From positions 3,185 through 67,184 of the forward strand of contig JAPLMD010000042.1 in the NCBI GenBank assembly GCA_026387235.1: a DNA stretch of 64,000 nucleotides. The letters are read 5' to 3'. The translations under genes were made by a program, and so were the position numbers. Below the pieces are notes generated by a model. It worked only from the letters and a program-made list of their open reading frames with translations, was not told the origin of the DNA and searched no databases. This document shows positions 1 through 10,415 of the stretch, one piece after another. This DNA is from Candidatus Omnitrophota bacterium (GTDB lineage Bacteria > Omnitrophota > Gorgyraeia > Gorgyraeales > Gorgyraeaceae). Position 1 is the stretch's first letter. Each line of letters opens with the position of its first letter.

Positions 1-1319
1 TGCCGCAATAAAAATCCTTTTGCCCTGGCATCCTTTGCGATCCTTGTCCAGCACATATCCCTCTGGCCCATATGAAATACGCCCATTGCCTCATTCAGAA
101 AACTGTGTATTTGTCTTTCCAGTATAGGCTCGAAATCCTTCTGCATTTTTCTTCCGGCTACTTCTACTATTATTCCCAGGGGCGCTGCTCCGCCGTCTTC
201 AATTTTATCGAGTTCCGGGCCTATAACTTCAATTTTCCCATCCTCTATCTTATCGGGTGGCACCATTTTTACATATTCAAACGCATCTGAGTATTTGCCT
301 CCAAATTGCGCAAACATCTGCTCCCGCCTTACTCTTTCGCCTTCAAAAGCCGGCGAATACGGCACAGGTATCGGTATTTCTGTAATTTTTATTTTCAAAC
401 CTCTTACTTCTATTGAACGCTGCGCTATCTTTTTATGGTCCAATTCTTTTACTACGTGCTCATAAGTACATATGCCGCTCGGCTTTATTTCAGGTATATC
501 TGTGTCGGCTATAATAGGAAAGCCCATATTGATTGCGCCTGCGCCTGTCGCATATTTAATATCATCCAGCTTTCCCAAGACCATGCCAAAGGCAAATACC
601 CTGTTCTGGCAGTATTTAAGACATTTGAGAGCCTCTCCTTTTTTATGGCCTCCGAATGTAAGTGCGCCCCTTATCGCCCAATTCAAAGGATATATGGCGC
701 TCAAGGTGTCTCTTCCGTAAGGTATTATATAAGTGTCCCAGCCCATTTCTACTTTTTCTTCAAGAAGCTGATCGATTATGCTTCTCCCGTTAACATTACT
801 GCCTACAAATGTCATTATGCTGCGCTTTTGCAATTCACGCACAATATAAACTGCTGTTTTATTGTCAGGCGCAGCCCCTAATATTGCGGCAAAGCCTGGT
901 ATCCTCCCATCTACAAGCTGAATCCCTAATGTGCGGAGAATTGTATCTGAAAAGAAGCCGTTACAATCTTTTTGCGGTTCCTGGCCATATAAATACCTTA
1001 GCGCCATTATTATTTCTTCGCACAATAGCGTTGCTACGCCTGAATCCAGGGTATCTCCCAAATAAGGCAGCCATATTTTTTCAGAAGGGTCGTCACGCAG
1101 AAGTGTTTTTGCAAATAATAAAACTCTTTTGGCATCACTTAGTTTTTTCACCTCTTCGCCCAGCAAAGCATAAGCCATTGGAAAATAAAAAGCAGTATCC
1201 GGGAATTTAATCTCGCAGGATTCGGTTTTTTCCTTGATCGAGTTTTCCAGGAATTCCTCAGCCTGCCTGTATATCTCTCTGGCGCCCCTTATAGCGCATG
1301 TTGCAATTATCTTTGACAT
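1..1319 (-). CDS. acsB: Acetyl-CoA synthase (ACS/CODH complex), 3' end beyond window
   Basis: Not in the ORF track; manual translation from ATG 1319 gives MSKIIATCAIRGAREIY...LGIQLVDGRIPGFAAILG...PAFEGERVR...GRKMQKDFEPILERQIH...HMGQRD. SD GGAGG at 1324-1328. Confidence 0.95.
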   Translation of the reverse strand, partial: MSKIIATCAIRGAREIYRQAEEFLENSIKEKTESCEIKFPDTAFYFPMAYALLGEEVKKLSDAKRVLLFAKTLLRDDPSEKIWLPYLGDTLDSGVATLLCEEIIMALRYLYGQEPQKDCNGFFSDTILRTLGIQLVDGRIPGFAAILGAAPDNKTAVYIVRELQKRSIMTFVGSNVNGRSIIDQLLEEKVEMGWDTYIIPYGRDTLSAIYPLNWAIRGALTFGGHKKGEALKCLKYCQNRVFAFGMVLGKLDDIKYATGAGAINMGFPIIADTDIPEIKPSGICTYEHVVKELDHKKIAQRSIEVRGLKIKITEIPIPVPYSPAFEGERVRREQMFAQFGGKYSDAFEYVKMVPPDKIEDGKIEVIGPELDKIEDGGAAPLGIIVEVAGRKMQKDFEPILERQIHSFLNEAMGVFHMGQRDMCWTRIAKDARAKGFLLR

Positions 1320-1327
1320 GCTTCCTC

Positions 1328-1392
1328 CAAATTTACGAAGTAAATTTGATCCCGAGTCCGCCCTTTTTATTGCTACTGTGCGGCGAGGGACC
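1328..1392. repeat. Two-hairpin element family A, copy A1 (abuts acsB SD)
   Basis: CAAATTTAC-GAA-GTAAATTTG, then ATCCC-GA-G-tCCGC...GCGG-C-GA-GGGACC. Confidence 0.85.
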
Positions 1393-1394
1393 TA

Positions 1395-2684
1395 TTATAG
1401 CGTCATTATCGTCTCTTTAAACTCCGGTTCTTTAAACCCTCTTTTAGATTTTTTTATAAGAGGGGCGATTTTACCATAATCAAAATAGTCTTCTAACATT
1501 ATGTCTTTAATGCTGGTGACATCCGCCTTATTCTTAATCAAAGTGCCGATTATGCCTATATTTTCAATTGAATTTACAAATATAACACCCACAATAATAC
1601 CATCTTTTAAAACTATTTTTTTGTAAATATTTTTACCTGCATCTTTTTTAACAATTTCTTTATACCTATCGCTTTTCGGCTTTGTTATACCAACTGAAAT
1701 AACCGGCAATCCGAAAAACTCTATTGAATTCATTGCCAGAGACCCTTCGTATGTTTCATTTTCCCCGGTCATATTTAAACCGGCAATTCTTCCCTGCTCA
1801 CACGCAGCTGGCCAGATTGCATTTATAGAACTTTCTTCCAAGGCAATATCATTTGTTTCTGACACATCGCCTGCGGTAAATATATCTTCAACGCCTGTTC
1901 TTAAGCGCTCGTTGGCCAAAATACCCCAGCTTGTTTTTATACCGGCATCCTTTGCTATTTCAACATTCGGCGAAACACCTTTACCTATAATTACAAGCTC
2001 GCAATCGTGTTTCGAGCCATTATCAAGCGCAACCCCATCTACTGACTTAGCCCCTGTGATTTCTTTTGCAGCTACGCCTGTAAATATTTTTATGCCTCTT
2101 TCCTCTATGCGTTTCTGCATAATGCCAGCGGCATCCTTATCAATTATCTGGGAAAGTATAGAGCCTGATTTTACAAAAACGCTCACATTCTTGCCTCTGT
2201 TTTTCAATGCATACGCAGCGCGCAGGCCTATTAAGCCGCCGCCCAAAACAGCCACGCTTTTTACCTTATCCAGCATAGACTGGATCTCTGTAGTGTGTTC
2301 AATAGTTCTGAGAGGAAAAACACCTTTTTTATCTATGCCGGGTATATCTTCTAATTTTGGCGAAGCGCCTGTTGCAATAAGCAGCTTATCAAACTTTATC
2401 TTTTCTTTATTGCCGATGGCTATTTCTTTTTTCTTTATATTTATTTTTTCAGCCTTGATGCCAAGCAATGCTTCAACTTTATTATCTTTAAAAAAACTGT
2501 CCGGCTTGTACCAGATCTTTTTCCCATCAATAGTGCCTGCCAAAAGATAAGAAATAAGGCATCTTGAATAAAGCGGATTTTTCTCATCCGAGATAATAAT
2601 TATCTTTGATGTCTTATCTTTTGTCCTTATGGCTTCTATTGCGTTTATTCCAGCCGCACTGGAACCGATTATTACGTACTGCAT
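1395..2684 (-). CDS. FAD-dependent pyridine nucleotide-disulfide oxidoreductase (NirB/rubredoxin reductase-like, CODH-associated)
   Basis: IIGSSAAG FAD motif, ATGA, VLGGGLIG NAD motif, TAGD; follows cooF. Confidence 0.88.
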   Translation of the reverse strand: MQYVIIGSSAAGINAIEAIRTKDKTSKIIIISDEKNPLYSRCLISYLLAGTIDGKKIWYKPDSFFKDNKVEALLGIKAEKINIKKKEIAIGNKEKIKFDKLLIATGASPKLEDIPGIDKKGVFPLRTIEHTTEIQSMLDKVKSVAVLGGGLIGLRAAYALKNRGKNVSVFVKSGSILSQIIDKDAAGIMQKRIEERGIKIFTGVAAKEITGAKSVDGVALDNGSKHDCELVIIGKGVSPNVEIAKDAGIKTSWGILANERLRTGVEDIFTAGDVSETNDIALEESSINAIWPAACEQGRIAGLNMTGENETYEGSLAMNSIEFFGLPVISVGITKPKSDRYKEIVKKDAGKNIYKKIVLKDGIIVGVIFVNSIENIGIIGTLIKNKADVTSIKDIMLEDYFDYGKIAPLIKKSKRGFKEPEFKETIMTL

Positions 2685-3136
2685 ATCTTTGTAAACTCCT
2701 TAAGAGTTCCTAAAAACAGCGACTTTGTCTGGCATGCTTCAACGCAAGCAGGTTTATCCCTGTCAGGACAAAGATCACATTTCAAGACTATCTTTTCCTC
2801 TCTTAATCTCGTCACTGCTCCAAAAGGACAAGTCATTATGCACATCCAGCACCCAACGCATCTATCTTTATCATGCTGCGTAAGAGCTGTTTTCTTATCC
2901 TTGTACATTGCGCCTGACATGCAGGCTGTTACGCACGCCGCATTTTCGCAATGATGACAGCCTGTAGATATAGAGACGCTCTCTTCTACGAATTCTGCTT
3001 TGCGTCTTTTGACAGGAAGAGGGCTTTCTGCTATAGATTTATTCAATTCTCTGGACTTAGAATGCTCTATAGCGCATGCAATCTCACAACTCCCGCATCC
3101 GAGGCATTTTTTAATATTGCAGTATATTTTTTTCAT
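2672..3136 (-). CDS. cooF: CooF-like multi-[4Fe-4S] ferredoxin
   Basis: CLGCGSCEIAC, CHHCENAAC, CVGCWMCIMTCPFG, KCDLC; overlaps cooS stop. Confidence 0.88.
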   Translation of the reverse strand: MKKIYCNIKKCLGCGSCEIACAIEHSKSRELNKSIAESPLPVKRRKAEFVEESVSISTGCHHCENAACVTACMSGAMYKDKKTALTQHDKDRCVGCWMCIMTCPFGAVTRLREEKIVLKCDLCPDRDKPACVEACQTKSLFLGTLKEFTKICST

Positions 3137-5037
3137 ACTTTAGCGCATATCAGGGGTTTCAGTTTAAGCGCTTCTCGCTTCTTATCAATATGCTCTACCA
3201 TTAAATGAGCTGCTTTTATCGGATCGCCTTCAAATGCCCATTTCCCGCCGTATAGCGGCTCGATTTCATTACAGATATAATTTGTGACATTCTTACTTCC
3301 CATCACTCTTAACGGAGTGCCAATTACCACAAATATTCCGGATGCTACAAAATACCAGCCTATTGCAATTGCTTTTTCAGACATCCATTCAGGGGCAGCT
3401 CCTGCAACAGGAAGCTCATCTATGCTATTTCCAATGCCGCCTTCTTTTACCATCTCGCAGCAGGCAGTCAGTATCCTTGTATTGTCCACGCAAGAGCCTG
3501 TGTGTAAAACCGGCGGTATCCCAACTGTTTCGCATATCTCCTTTAGGCCGTCTCCGGCAAACTTGAAAGCAGCTTCCGGAGTTAAAAGGCCTGCTTTTGC
3601 GCATGCGCTCCCGGAACACCCTGTTTGCACAACCAGCACATCATTTTTTATAAGCTCCTTTACCATTTCTGCGTGGCAGAGGCCTGATTCATTTTTCGGA
3701 TTATCGCAGCCTATCACACCGGCTACGCCTCTTATCCTTCCGCTTATAATCGCGTCATTTAAAGGCCTGTATGACGGTCTGAAACTTCCGCCCAGGTTAT
3801 AAAAAATATTTTCCATTGTAAAACCAGCCACAAGCGTCATTTTTTCTTTTGGTATATTGACCTTGGAGCGATTTCTATTTTTATAATTTTCAATAGCGAT
3901 TCTTAAAATCTTTTTTGCTGTTTCCAATGCATCTTTTTCATGAAATTCTATGTGCTCCATGCCAACAAATTTTGCCTTGGGAGAAGTAGAAATAAGTTTT
4001 GTATGAAATGACTTTGCTACTTCCGGCAGGCTCGGCATTATACATTGTATATCAACAATCATTGCTTCTACAGCCCCTGTAATTATAGCCAGCTCCTGCT
4101 GCAGAAAGCTTCCAGCCATAGGCACGCCATGCCGCATAAGCACTTCTGCTGCAGTGCAGCATATGCCTGAAAGGTTTATGCCTTTTGCCCCGTATTTTTT
4201 TGCAAGTTCTACAAGCTCTTTGTCCTGGCTGGCTGTAACCATGATATCGGAAAGAATCGGCTCGTGGCCGTGCAAAAGAATATTGACCTCGTCTTCTTTC
4301 AATACGCCTAAATTCACCTCAGCTCGTATGGGTTCCGGGGAGCCGAATAAAATATCGCTCAGGTCAGTTGCTATCATTGAACCGCCCCATCCATCTACAA
4401 GCGAAGCCCTTATTGCTGATTCTAAAACATGCTTATACTCATTATCGCATCCTATGTGAGTCCTGGACATTGCCTGAACAACCTCTATATCAATACCCCT
4501 TGGATTGACATTTGTTTTTTTCCAGTTATCCCGCTGTTTCTTAGGGGCTCTCTTTGTCAGCGTTAATTCTCCTTCTTGCTGGCCGTATTCTTTTAAAATA
4601 ACTTCCCCAAGCTCTTCCGCAATTTTTAAATCACCTTTACCGTCTATTTTTATGCTGAATTCAACAGCTAGTTTCTTTAATTTCGCGGGGTCTTTTATAG
4701 AATAGTCCTTTACATGGCCTCTTCCCAGTTCAAGAAGCGTCCATGCAAGATCTCTGCCATGATCTGAATGACACGCAGCTCCTGCTGCAGCGTTACGGAC
4801 TAAATTTCTTGAGCTTATAGTATCTGCGTCTGCTCCGCACGCCCCCTTCTGAGCTCCTTCTCCGAACGGGTCTATCCTGCATGGGCCGAGGTTACAGATC
4901 TTGCAACACACCCCGAGCGTCCCGAATCCGCAATGAGGCTCCTGCTCCATAAAGCGGTCCCATACAGTAGAAATATTATTTTGCGCAGCTATCTCTAATA
5001 ATTTATCGTTAATAGGATTACCTGTTGGTTTTGCCAT
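3133..5037 (-). CDS. cooS: Ni-dependent anaerobic CO dehydrogenase catalytic subunit
   Basis: CGFG..GVCCKICNLGPC, HGHEP, GICCT, DIQC, GCDN, TGC, GSCVDN, WMSEKA. Confidence 0.97.
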   Translation of the reverse strand: MAKPTGNPINDKLLEIAAQNNISTVWDRFMEQEPHCGFGTLGVCCKICNLGPCRIDPFGEGAQKGACGADADTISSRNLVRNAAAGAACHSDHGRDLAWTLLELGRGHVKDYSIKDPAKLKKLAVEFSIKIDGKGDLKIAEELGEVILKEYGQQEGELTLTKRAPKKQRDNWKKTNVNPRGIDIEVVQAMSRTHIGCDNEYKHVLESAIRASLVDGWGGSMIATDLSDILFGSPEPIRAEVNLGVLKEDEVNILLHGHEPILSDIMVTASQDKELVELAKKYGAKGINLSGICCTAAEVLMRHGVPMAGSFLQQELAIITGAVEAMIVDIQCIMPSLPEVAKSFHTKLISTSPKAKFVGMEHIEFHEKDALETAKKILRIAIENYKNRNRSKVNIPKEKMTLVAGFTMENIFYNLGGSFRPSYRPLNDAIISGRIRGVAGVIGCDNPKNESGLCHAEMVKELIKNDVLVVQTGCSGSACAKAGLLTPEAAFKFAGDGLKEICETVGIPPVLHTGSCVDNTRILTACCEMVKEGGIGNSIDELPVAGAAPEWMSEKAIAIGWYFVASGIFVVIGTPLRVMGSKNVTNYICNEIEPLYGGKWAFEGDPIKAAHLMVEHIDKKREALKLKPLICAKV

Positions 5038-5758
5038 CTAATGCCTCCGATAAGTTTTTTATAAATTCAGAATCCTCCGGCAACACGCCTCTTGAGTTTA
5101 AAAGCGATTCATCAAGGCCTATGTACCCCTGAACCCGGATACCTTCTAAATTTTTCTTTATAAAATCTTTGTCTTCTTTTGACCTGATTTTGTTTCCTAT
5201 AGCTGAAATCTCTTTTATGCCAAGGCCTTCGGCAAGCTGTTTTATTTTTTTGGCTGTATCAATTGATGTGCTATTCGGTTCTATAACTATTAAAAATTTT
5301 TCAACGGACTCGGCAGTGCCTCTCCCAAGATGCTCTATGCCTGCCTCCATATCAACTACTATAACCTCGTCCCTGTTTAAAAATATATGGCTCAATAACG
5401 CTTTTAAAAATGCGCTCTCAGGACAAACGCAGCCTGAGCCGCCTCTTTTGACAGTGCCCATCTCCATCAAAATCACATTGCCGCGCTTAGAAGAAAACTT
5501 GTCAGGTATATCATCTACCCTTGGGTTTAATTTAAAAAAGGCGCCTACCTCACCTGTCCTCTCCAGAATCAGTTTCTTGAGTTCAGAGATCGGCGCAGGC
5601 CTCTCTGAACTTGAAAAACCAAGGGTAGCCGCAAGGTTCGCATCAGGATCAGCATCTATTGCAATTACCTTCTTGCCTTGATTTTTAAAGAGCAGGACAA
5701 GCCCAGCTGCCACAGAAGTCTTCCCTACTCCGCCTTTTCCGCTTACTGCTATTTTCAT
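5018..5758 (-). CDS. cooC: CODH nickel-insertion ATPase
   Basis: GKGGVGKT, DADPDANL, GSGCVCPE, DMEAGIEHLGRG. Confidence 0.95.
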   Translation of the reverse strand: MKIAVSGKGGVGKTSVAAGLVLLFKNQGKKVIAIDADPDANLAATLGFSSSERPAPISELKKLILERTGEVGAFFKLNPRVDDIPDKFSSKRGNVILMEMGTVKRGGSGCVCPESAFLKALLSHIFLNRDEVIVVDMEAGIEHLGRGTAESVEKFLIVIEPNSTSIDTAKKIKQLAEGLGIKEISAIGNKIRSKEDKDFIKKNLEGIRVQGYIGLDESLLNSRGVLPEDSEFIKNLSEALDGKTNR

Positions 5759-6621
5759 AATCCTGCAGCATTCAAAACTAAAGGAACTTTTTTATCCCAT
5801 CCTATGGGCATTATATGAACGCCCTGGCATATAGGTTTAAGTTCTTTAATAAGCCTTGCTGCTATCTCTATTGATTTTACGCTTTTATCCTTAGCCTGCT
5901 CCATTTCCTGTATCAAATCTTCAGGCACAAACACCCCTGCTACATTTTTATTCATATACCTTGCCATGCCAGCTGATTTTAAAAGCACTATGCCAGCTAT
6001 AATGGTCGTTTTTAAATGAGAGGCTGCTTTCAGAAATTTCTCAAAAAGATGCATCTCATAGATAGCCTGGGTCTGAAAAAACTGAGCGCCTGCTTCTATT
6101 TTTTTCTCCATCTTAATAATCTCAGGCTCTATGGGGTCTGCGCCAGGATTCACCACTGCTCCTACGCAAAACTTAGGGCTTCCTTTCAATTCTTTGCCCG
6201 CCATATCCTTCCCTGATTGCAAGCCCCTGATAGCCTCAAGCAATTGCATTGAATCCAGATCAAAAACAGGTTTTGCGCCAGGATGGTCTCCCAAGGCCGG
6301 ATGGTCTCCAGTAAGAGCTAGCACGTTCTGTATCCCAAAAACAGCTGCGGATAAAAGATCTGACTGGAGAGCCAATCTGTTTCTGTCCCTGCAGGTAATC
6401 TGAAAAACAGGTTCAAGCCCGCGTTCCAATAAGAGTTTGCATATTGCCAGAGACCCTGTCCGCATGACAGAGCTTTGAAGGTCTGTCACATTTATCGCAT
6501 CCACCCTGCCTTTTACAAGCTCAGCATCCTTTAAAATCTCTTCGACATCAATGCCTTTCGGCGGAGCTATCTCCGACGTAATAATGAACTTACCTGATTG
6601 TATTTTTTCGCAAAGCGCCAT
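5755..6621 (-). CDS. metF: Methylenetetrahydrofolate reductase
   Basis: EIAPPKG, TCRDRNRLALQSDL, LTGDH, FFQTQ. Confidence 0.93.
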   Translation of the reverse strand: MALCEKIQSGKFIITSEIAPPKGIDVEEILKDAELVKGRVDAINVTDLQSSVMRTGSLAICKLLLERGLEPVFQITCRDRNRLALQSDLLSAAVFGIQNVLALTGDHPALGDHPGAKPVFDLDSMQLLEAIRGLQSGKDMAGKELKGSPKFCVGAVVNPGADPIEPEIIKMEKKIEAGAQFFQTQAIYEMHLFEKFLKAASHLKTTIIAGIVLLKSAGMARYMNKNVAGVFVPEDLIQEMEQAKDKSVKSIEIAARLIKELKPICQGVHIMPIGWDKKVPLVLNAAGL

Positions 6622-6634
6622 AAGCTTTTTCCCG

Positions 6635-7501
6635 TTATTTTGTTTGTTGTTGTTTAAATGCCTCGACTACGTTCCGCATTAAAATCGTTACAGTCAAAGG
6701 CCCTACGCCGCCTGGAACAGGCGTTATGTACGAGGCCTTCTCAAATGCCTTATCGAATTCCACATCGCCCACAATCTTGCCTTCAACGCGGTTGATCCCG
6801 ACGTCTATTACAATTGCGCCTTCTTTTATCCAATCGCCTTTTACAAGCCCGGCCTTTCCCACAGCCACTATTAAAATCTCTGCTTTTTTCACAAATTCAG
6901 GAAGAGTTCCTCTTTGGCCTGTGGCTATGTGGCACACCGTGGTAGTTACGAATTTATTTAATAATAACAGCGCTAGAGGCTTTCCTACGATTTCGCTGTG
7001 GCCTACCACAACTGCCTCTTTGCCGTATAGCTCAAGCGAATCTATGGAATTCAATAATTCCATGCAGGCAGCCGCAGTGCACGGCAAAATCTTTGCTTTC
7101 CCAAAAACAATCTCTCCCATGTTCTCAGGATGGACTGCCTCTATGTCTTTTAAAGAAGAAATGTATCTGGATATAAGCTTTGCGTCTATATGCTGCGGCA
7201 AAGGCATCTGGACTATGATCCCATGCGTTGATTTATCTTTGTTCAGAGAATCGATTATTTCTATAAACTCATCCTGGGTTATGCCGGCGTCTATCTTTTT
7301 CAACTCGTACGTTATGCCGAGATCCCTTGCTGTCTTCTCCTGGGACTTGATATAAATTTCCGAGGCAGGATTTTCTCCTACCTGGACGCTCACAAGCTTA
7401 GGGCCGGCCCCGTATTTATTCTTCAGCGATTCGATTTCCAGTTTTATATTTTCTTTTATTTTTAAAGCAACGCTTTTACCTTCCAACAACTTAGCAGGCA
7501 T
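6635..7501 (-). CDS. folD: Methylene-THF dehydrogenase/cyclohydrolase
   Basis: VQMPLP, PCT, VGKP, DVGINR, TPVPGGVGPLT. Confidence 0.96.
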   Translation of the reverse strand: MPAKLLEGKSVALKIKENIKLEIESLKNKYGAGPKLVSVQVGENPASEIYIKSQEKTARDLGITYELKKIDAGITQDEFIEIIDSLNKDKSTHGIIVQMPLPQHIDAKLISRYISSLKDIEAVHPENMGEIVFGKAKILPCTAAACMELLNSIDSLELYGKEAVVVGHSEIVGKPLALLLLNKFVTTTVCHIATGQRGTLPEFVKKAEILIVAVGKAGLVKGDWIKEGAIVIDVGINRVEGKIVGDVEFDKAFEKASYITPVPGGVGPLTVTILMRNVVEAFKQQQTK

Positions 7502-7503
7502 GC

Positions 7504-8103
7504 CTATACCATCCTTTCGCCGGTTTTAGAAATAGTTTTTTTATACAGATGAGATATGTCTTTTTTAAGGCCGCGGAGGACGATCCTTTCTTTTTCTACA
7601 AAAGAGGCGTCCTTTATGCCTTTCAGGTTTATCTCAGAATTGAACACACCTGATTCAAAACCTGCTTTTAGAAGCTCTGCCCCGCACCCGACATCTGTTA
7701 TTAAATTCACGTTTGATTTCTCTGCCAGATTTAACGCGATTGCCATTCCGGCTTTCGCCAATCCGCACATTTTTAAAGAGATACGATACCCTTGTTTTAG
7801 AGCATTCTCAATTATTTTTTCATCTTTTGTTTTGAACGCCGCGCATATAGAAGAATATATCTTCACATCCTCGTCTACTAAAAGCAGAAATTCCTCTCTT
7901 ATCTTTCTAAGTGATGTCAGATAATCGGCCACGGCTTCTTCTGTGTCCTTGTATTTTTTATTTCCTATAGTAAAATTGCACACCATTTCTAACAGGGCTG
8001 AGCCCATGGCTCCTGCCAAGCTAGCTGCGCTGCCGCCGCCTGGCGTGGGCTGCCTCGCAGCAAGGTCATCTATATATTTTTTTAAAGGTTTATTGACATA
8101 CAT
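7504..8103 (-). CDS. fchA: Cyclodeaminase/cyclohydrolase family (FchA-like)
   Basis: PTPGGGSAASLAGAMG..L.EMV; between fhs and folD as in acetogen clusters. Confidence 0.85.
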   Translation of the reverse strand: MYVNKPLKKYIDDLAARQPTPGGGSAASLAGAMGSALLEMVCNFTIGNKKYKDTEEAVADYLTSLRKIREEFLLLVDEDVKIYSSICAAFKTKDEKIIENALKQGYRISLKMCGLAKAGMAIALNLAEKSNVNLITDVGCGAELLKAGFESGVFNSEINLKGIKDASFVEKERIVLRGLKKDISHLYKKTISKTGERMV

Positions 8104-9824
8104 TAAAATAGCCCTAACACCTTTCCGTCCTTATCAATATCCACTTTAGTCCCTGCGGGCACGGACGGTAAGCCCGGCATCGTGCGCATCTCGCCGCACA
8201 ATGGGTATAAAAATCCTGCGCCTGCTGAAATCCTTACATCTCTTATAGGCAAAGTAAAATCCCTGGGCCTCGCCTTAAGCTCAGGGTCGTGCGAAAGCGA
8301 TAAATGAGTCTTTGCCATACATATGGGTAATTTATCATAGCCCAATTTTGTATAGCAAGATATCTTTCTTTCAGCTTCCGGCGAATAACTTACATCTTTT
8401 GCGCCGTAAATCTTTTTTGCTATCAGCTCTATCTTTTCTTTAATCGGCATATCCAGAGGATATAGAAACTTGAAGTCTGATTTTTTCTCGCACATCTTTA
8501 TTACAGCTTTAGCTAAAGCTACGCCGCCTTCGCCGCCTTTTTCCCATACCTCGCTTAAAACAGCATCCTCTGCCCCTGCTTTTACAGCTATTTCTTCTAT
8601 TGCTGCAATTTCTCTATCCGTATCATATAAAAACCTATTTATCGCAACTACTACTGGCACGCCGAATAATTTTATATTCTCAATATGTTTTTCAAGGTTA
8701 CTAGCGCCTTTTTTAACAGCTTCTACATCTTCTCTCTTTAAAGCTTCTGCATCTATCTTCTTGCCCGGCGCTGCCTTAAACGCTCCTCCGTGCATCTTAA
8801 GGGCTCTGACACTGCATACTATCACCACAGCATCAGGTGGCTTAAGGCCCGGTATCCGGCATTTTATATCCATAAATTTTTCCGCGCCGCAGTCTGCGCC
8901 AAAACCGCTCTCAGTCACCACGTAATCTGATAGTTTTAATGCTATTATATCAGCCAGTATTGAATTGTTGCCGTGCGCGATATTTGCGAAAGGCCCGGCG
9001 TGCATGATGCACGGGGTGTTTTCCGTCGTCTGAACAAGGTTAGGCTTAATAGCGTCTTTTAAAAGGACTGTCATAGCGCCTGCGCATTTCAGGTCCTCCG
9101 CTGTGACTGGCAAGCCAGCATAAGTAAAAGCCGCTATAATTTTTCCTATGCGGCTCCTCAAATCAAAAAGATCTTTTGAAAGCGCGAGTATTGCCATCAC
9201 TTCACTTGCAACTGTTATATCAAAACCTGTATCTCTTGGAATTCCATTTTCCTCTCCGCCCAAGCCAGTTTTTATCTGCCGCAAAGCCCTGTCGCTTATA
9301 TCCACTACTCTGCGCGTGATAATAGTATCGGGATTTATATTCAGCTTATTGCCTTTGGCAATGCTATTATCAATGAATGCCGCCAGGAGATTATTTGCTG
9401 CGCCCACAGCGTGTATGTCGCCTGTAAAATGAAGGTTTATATCTTCCATTGGCAAAACCTGGGAATAACCACCTCCAGCAGCTCCGCCTTTTATTCCGAA
9501 TACAGGCCCCATCGAAGGCTGGCGCAATGTGGTAATTACCTTTTTCCCGAGCTTATGCAGTCCTAGACTCAAACCAATAGTGGTAACTGTTTTCCCTTCT
9601 CCCAAAGGCGTCGGCGTAATGGCTGTTACGTCTATATATTTTCCAAAAGGTTTATCTTTAAGGCGGCCAAGTATAGAAAGGGATATTTTGGCTTTATACC
9701 TTCCGTATAATTCAAGCTCATCCTCTTTTATACCCATCTCTTTTGCAATCTCAGTAATAGGCTTAAGTTCTGCAGCCTGGGCTATTTCTAGGTCACTTGG
9801 AATACTCTTCATTTTTACCTCCAT
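8103..9824 (-). CDS. fhs: Formate--tetrahydrofolate ligase
   Basis: TPTPLGEGKT, GIKGGAAGGGYSQV, GPFANIAHG, CMAKTHLS, TMPGLP. Confidence 0.97.
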   Translation of the reverse strand: MEVKMKSIPSDLEIAQAAELKPITEIAKEMGIKEDELELYGRYKAKISLSILGRLKDKPFGKYIDVTAITPTPLGEGKTVTTIGLSLGLHKLGKKVITTLRQPSMGPVFGIKGGAAGGGYSQVLPMEDINLHFTGDIHAVGAANNLLAAFIDNSIAKGNKLNINPDTIITRRVVDISDRALRQIKTGLGGEENGIPRDTGFDITVASEVMAILALSKDLFDLRSRIGKIIAAFTYAGLPVTAEDLKCAGAMTVLLKDAIKPNLVQTTENTPCIMHAGPFANIAHGNNSILADIIALKLSDYVVTESGFGADCGAEKFMDIKCRIPGLKPPDAVVIVCSVRALKMHGGAFKAAPGKKIDAEALKREDVEAVKKGASNLEKHIENIKLFGVPVVVAINRFLYDTDREIAAIEEIAVKAGAEDAVLSEVWEKGGEGGVALAKAVIKMCEKKSDFKFLYPLDMPIKEKIELIAKKIYGAKDVSYSPEAERKISCYTKLGYDKLPICMAKTHLSLSHDPELKARPRDFTLPIRDVRISAGAGFLYPLCGEMRTMPGLPSVPAGTKVDIDKDGKVLGLF

Positions 9825-10195
9825 CTACTATCCAGATCAAACGCATTCTTTATCAGCCTTACTTGCGGCCGGAGACTATCAACGCCCTCTATGCAAACCA
9901 CATCAAACCTGCAGCTTTTATCTTCCAGCTTAAATTTCTTTATATACGCTAGGGCTGCTTTTGAAATCTGCAGCTGTTTCTTTTTTAATATCGTCTCTTC
10001 AGGCAAACCGAACGCGGGCGAGTTTTTAGCCCTGACTTCCACAAAACAAGTACAGCCTTTATAATCCGCTATTATATCTATTTCTCCCAGCTTTGTCCTG
10101 TAATTTCTTCCTATTATTTTATAGCCTTCTCTTCGCAAATAAGAAACAGCCAGCTCCTCTCCGCTCTTTCCAGAACTAATCCTTGCAAATGTCAT
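9815..10195 (-). CDS. yraN: YraN family PD-(D/E)xK nuclease (UPF0102)
   Basis: GEELA..YL, GEIDIIA, FVEVR, RFDVV. Start moved to 10195 because the longer ORF reads through a repeat. Confidence 0.88.
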   Translation of the reverse strand: MTFARISSGKSGEELAVSYLRREGYKIIGRNYRTKLGEIDIIADYKGCTCFVEVRAKNSPAFGLPEETILKKKQLQISKAALAYIKKFKLEDKSCRFDVVCIEGVDSLRPQVRLIKNAFDLDSRWR

Positions 10196-10199
10196 TTTT

Positions 10200-10415
10200 T
10201 TAATGAGCACTTGACTTATGGAGTGAATGAAATGAACGAGCATAAGTCAATGTGCGAATTAATCCCGGGCAACCCTATTTTTCATCATGTTGCGAGGGAT
10301 AAAACTTTATATGATAATCCCTCGCTGCATATAATCAAGAATCAAGGCAGCTCGGGATAAGTTCGGACATATAGCTTACGTCGTCCTTCGGATTCCGCAA
10401 GCTATGTCCTCACTT
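10200..10415. repeat. Inverted pair of extended family A elements (A7 10200-10300 on +, A8 10317-10415 on -)
   Basis: Each has a long GAA-capped hairpin with a tandem-GA base followed by ATCCC-G(A/G)-G...C-GA-GGGAT; 16-nt spacer between them. Confidence 0.8.

Noticed and set aside
1-1319. Apparent gene-free gap or pseudogene at the left edge
   Set aside because: Manual translation shows an open acsB frame running off the window, which is why the ORF track omits it.
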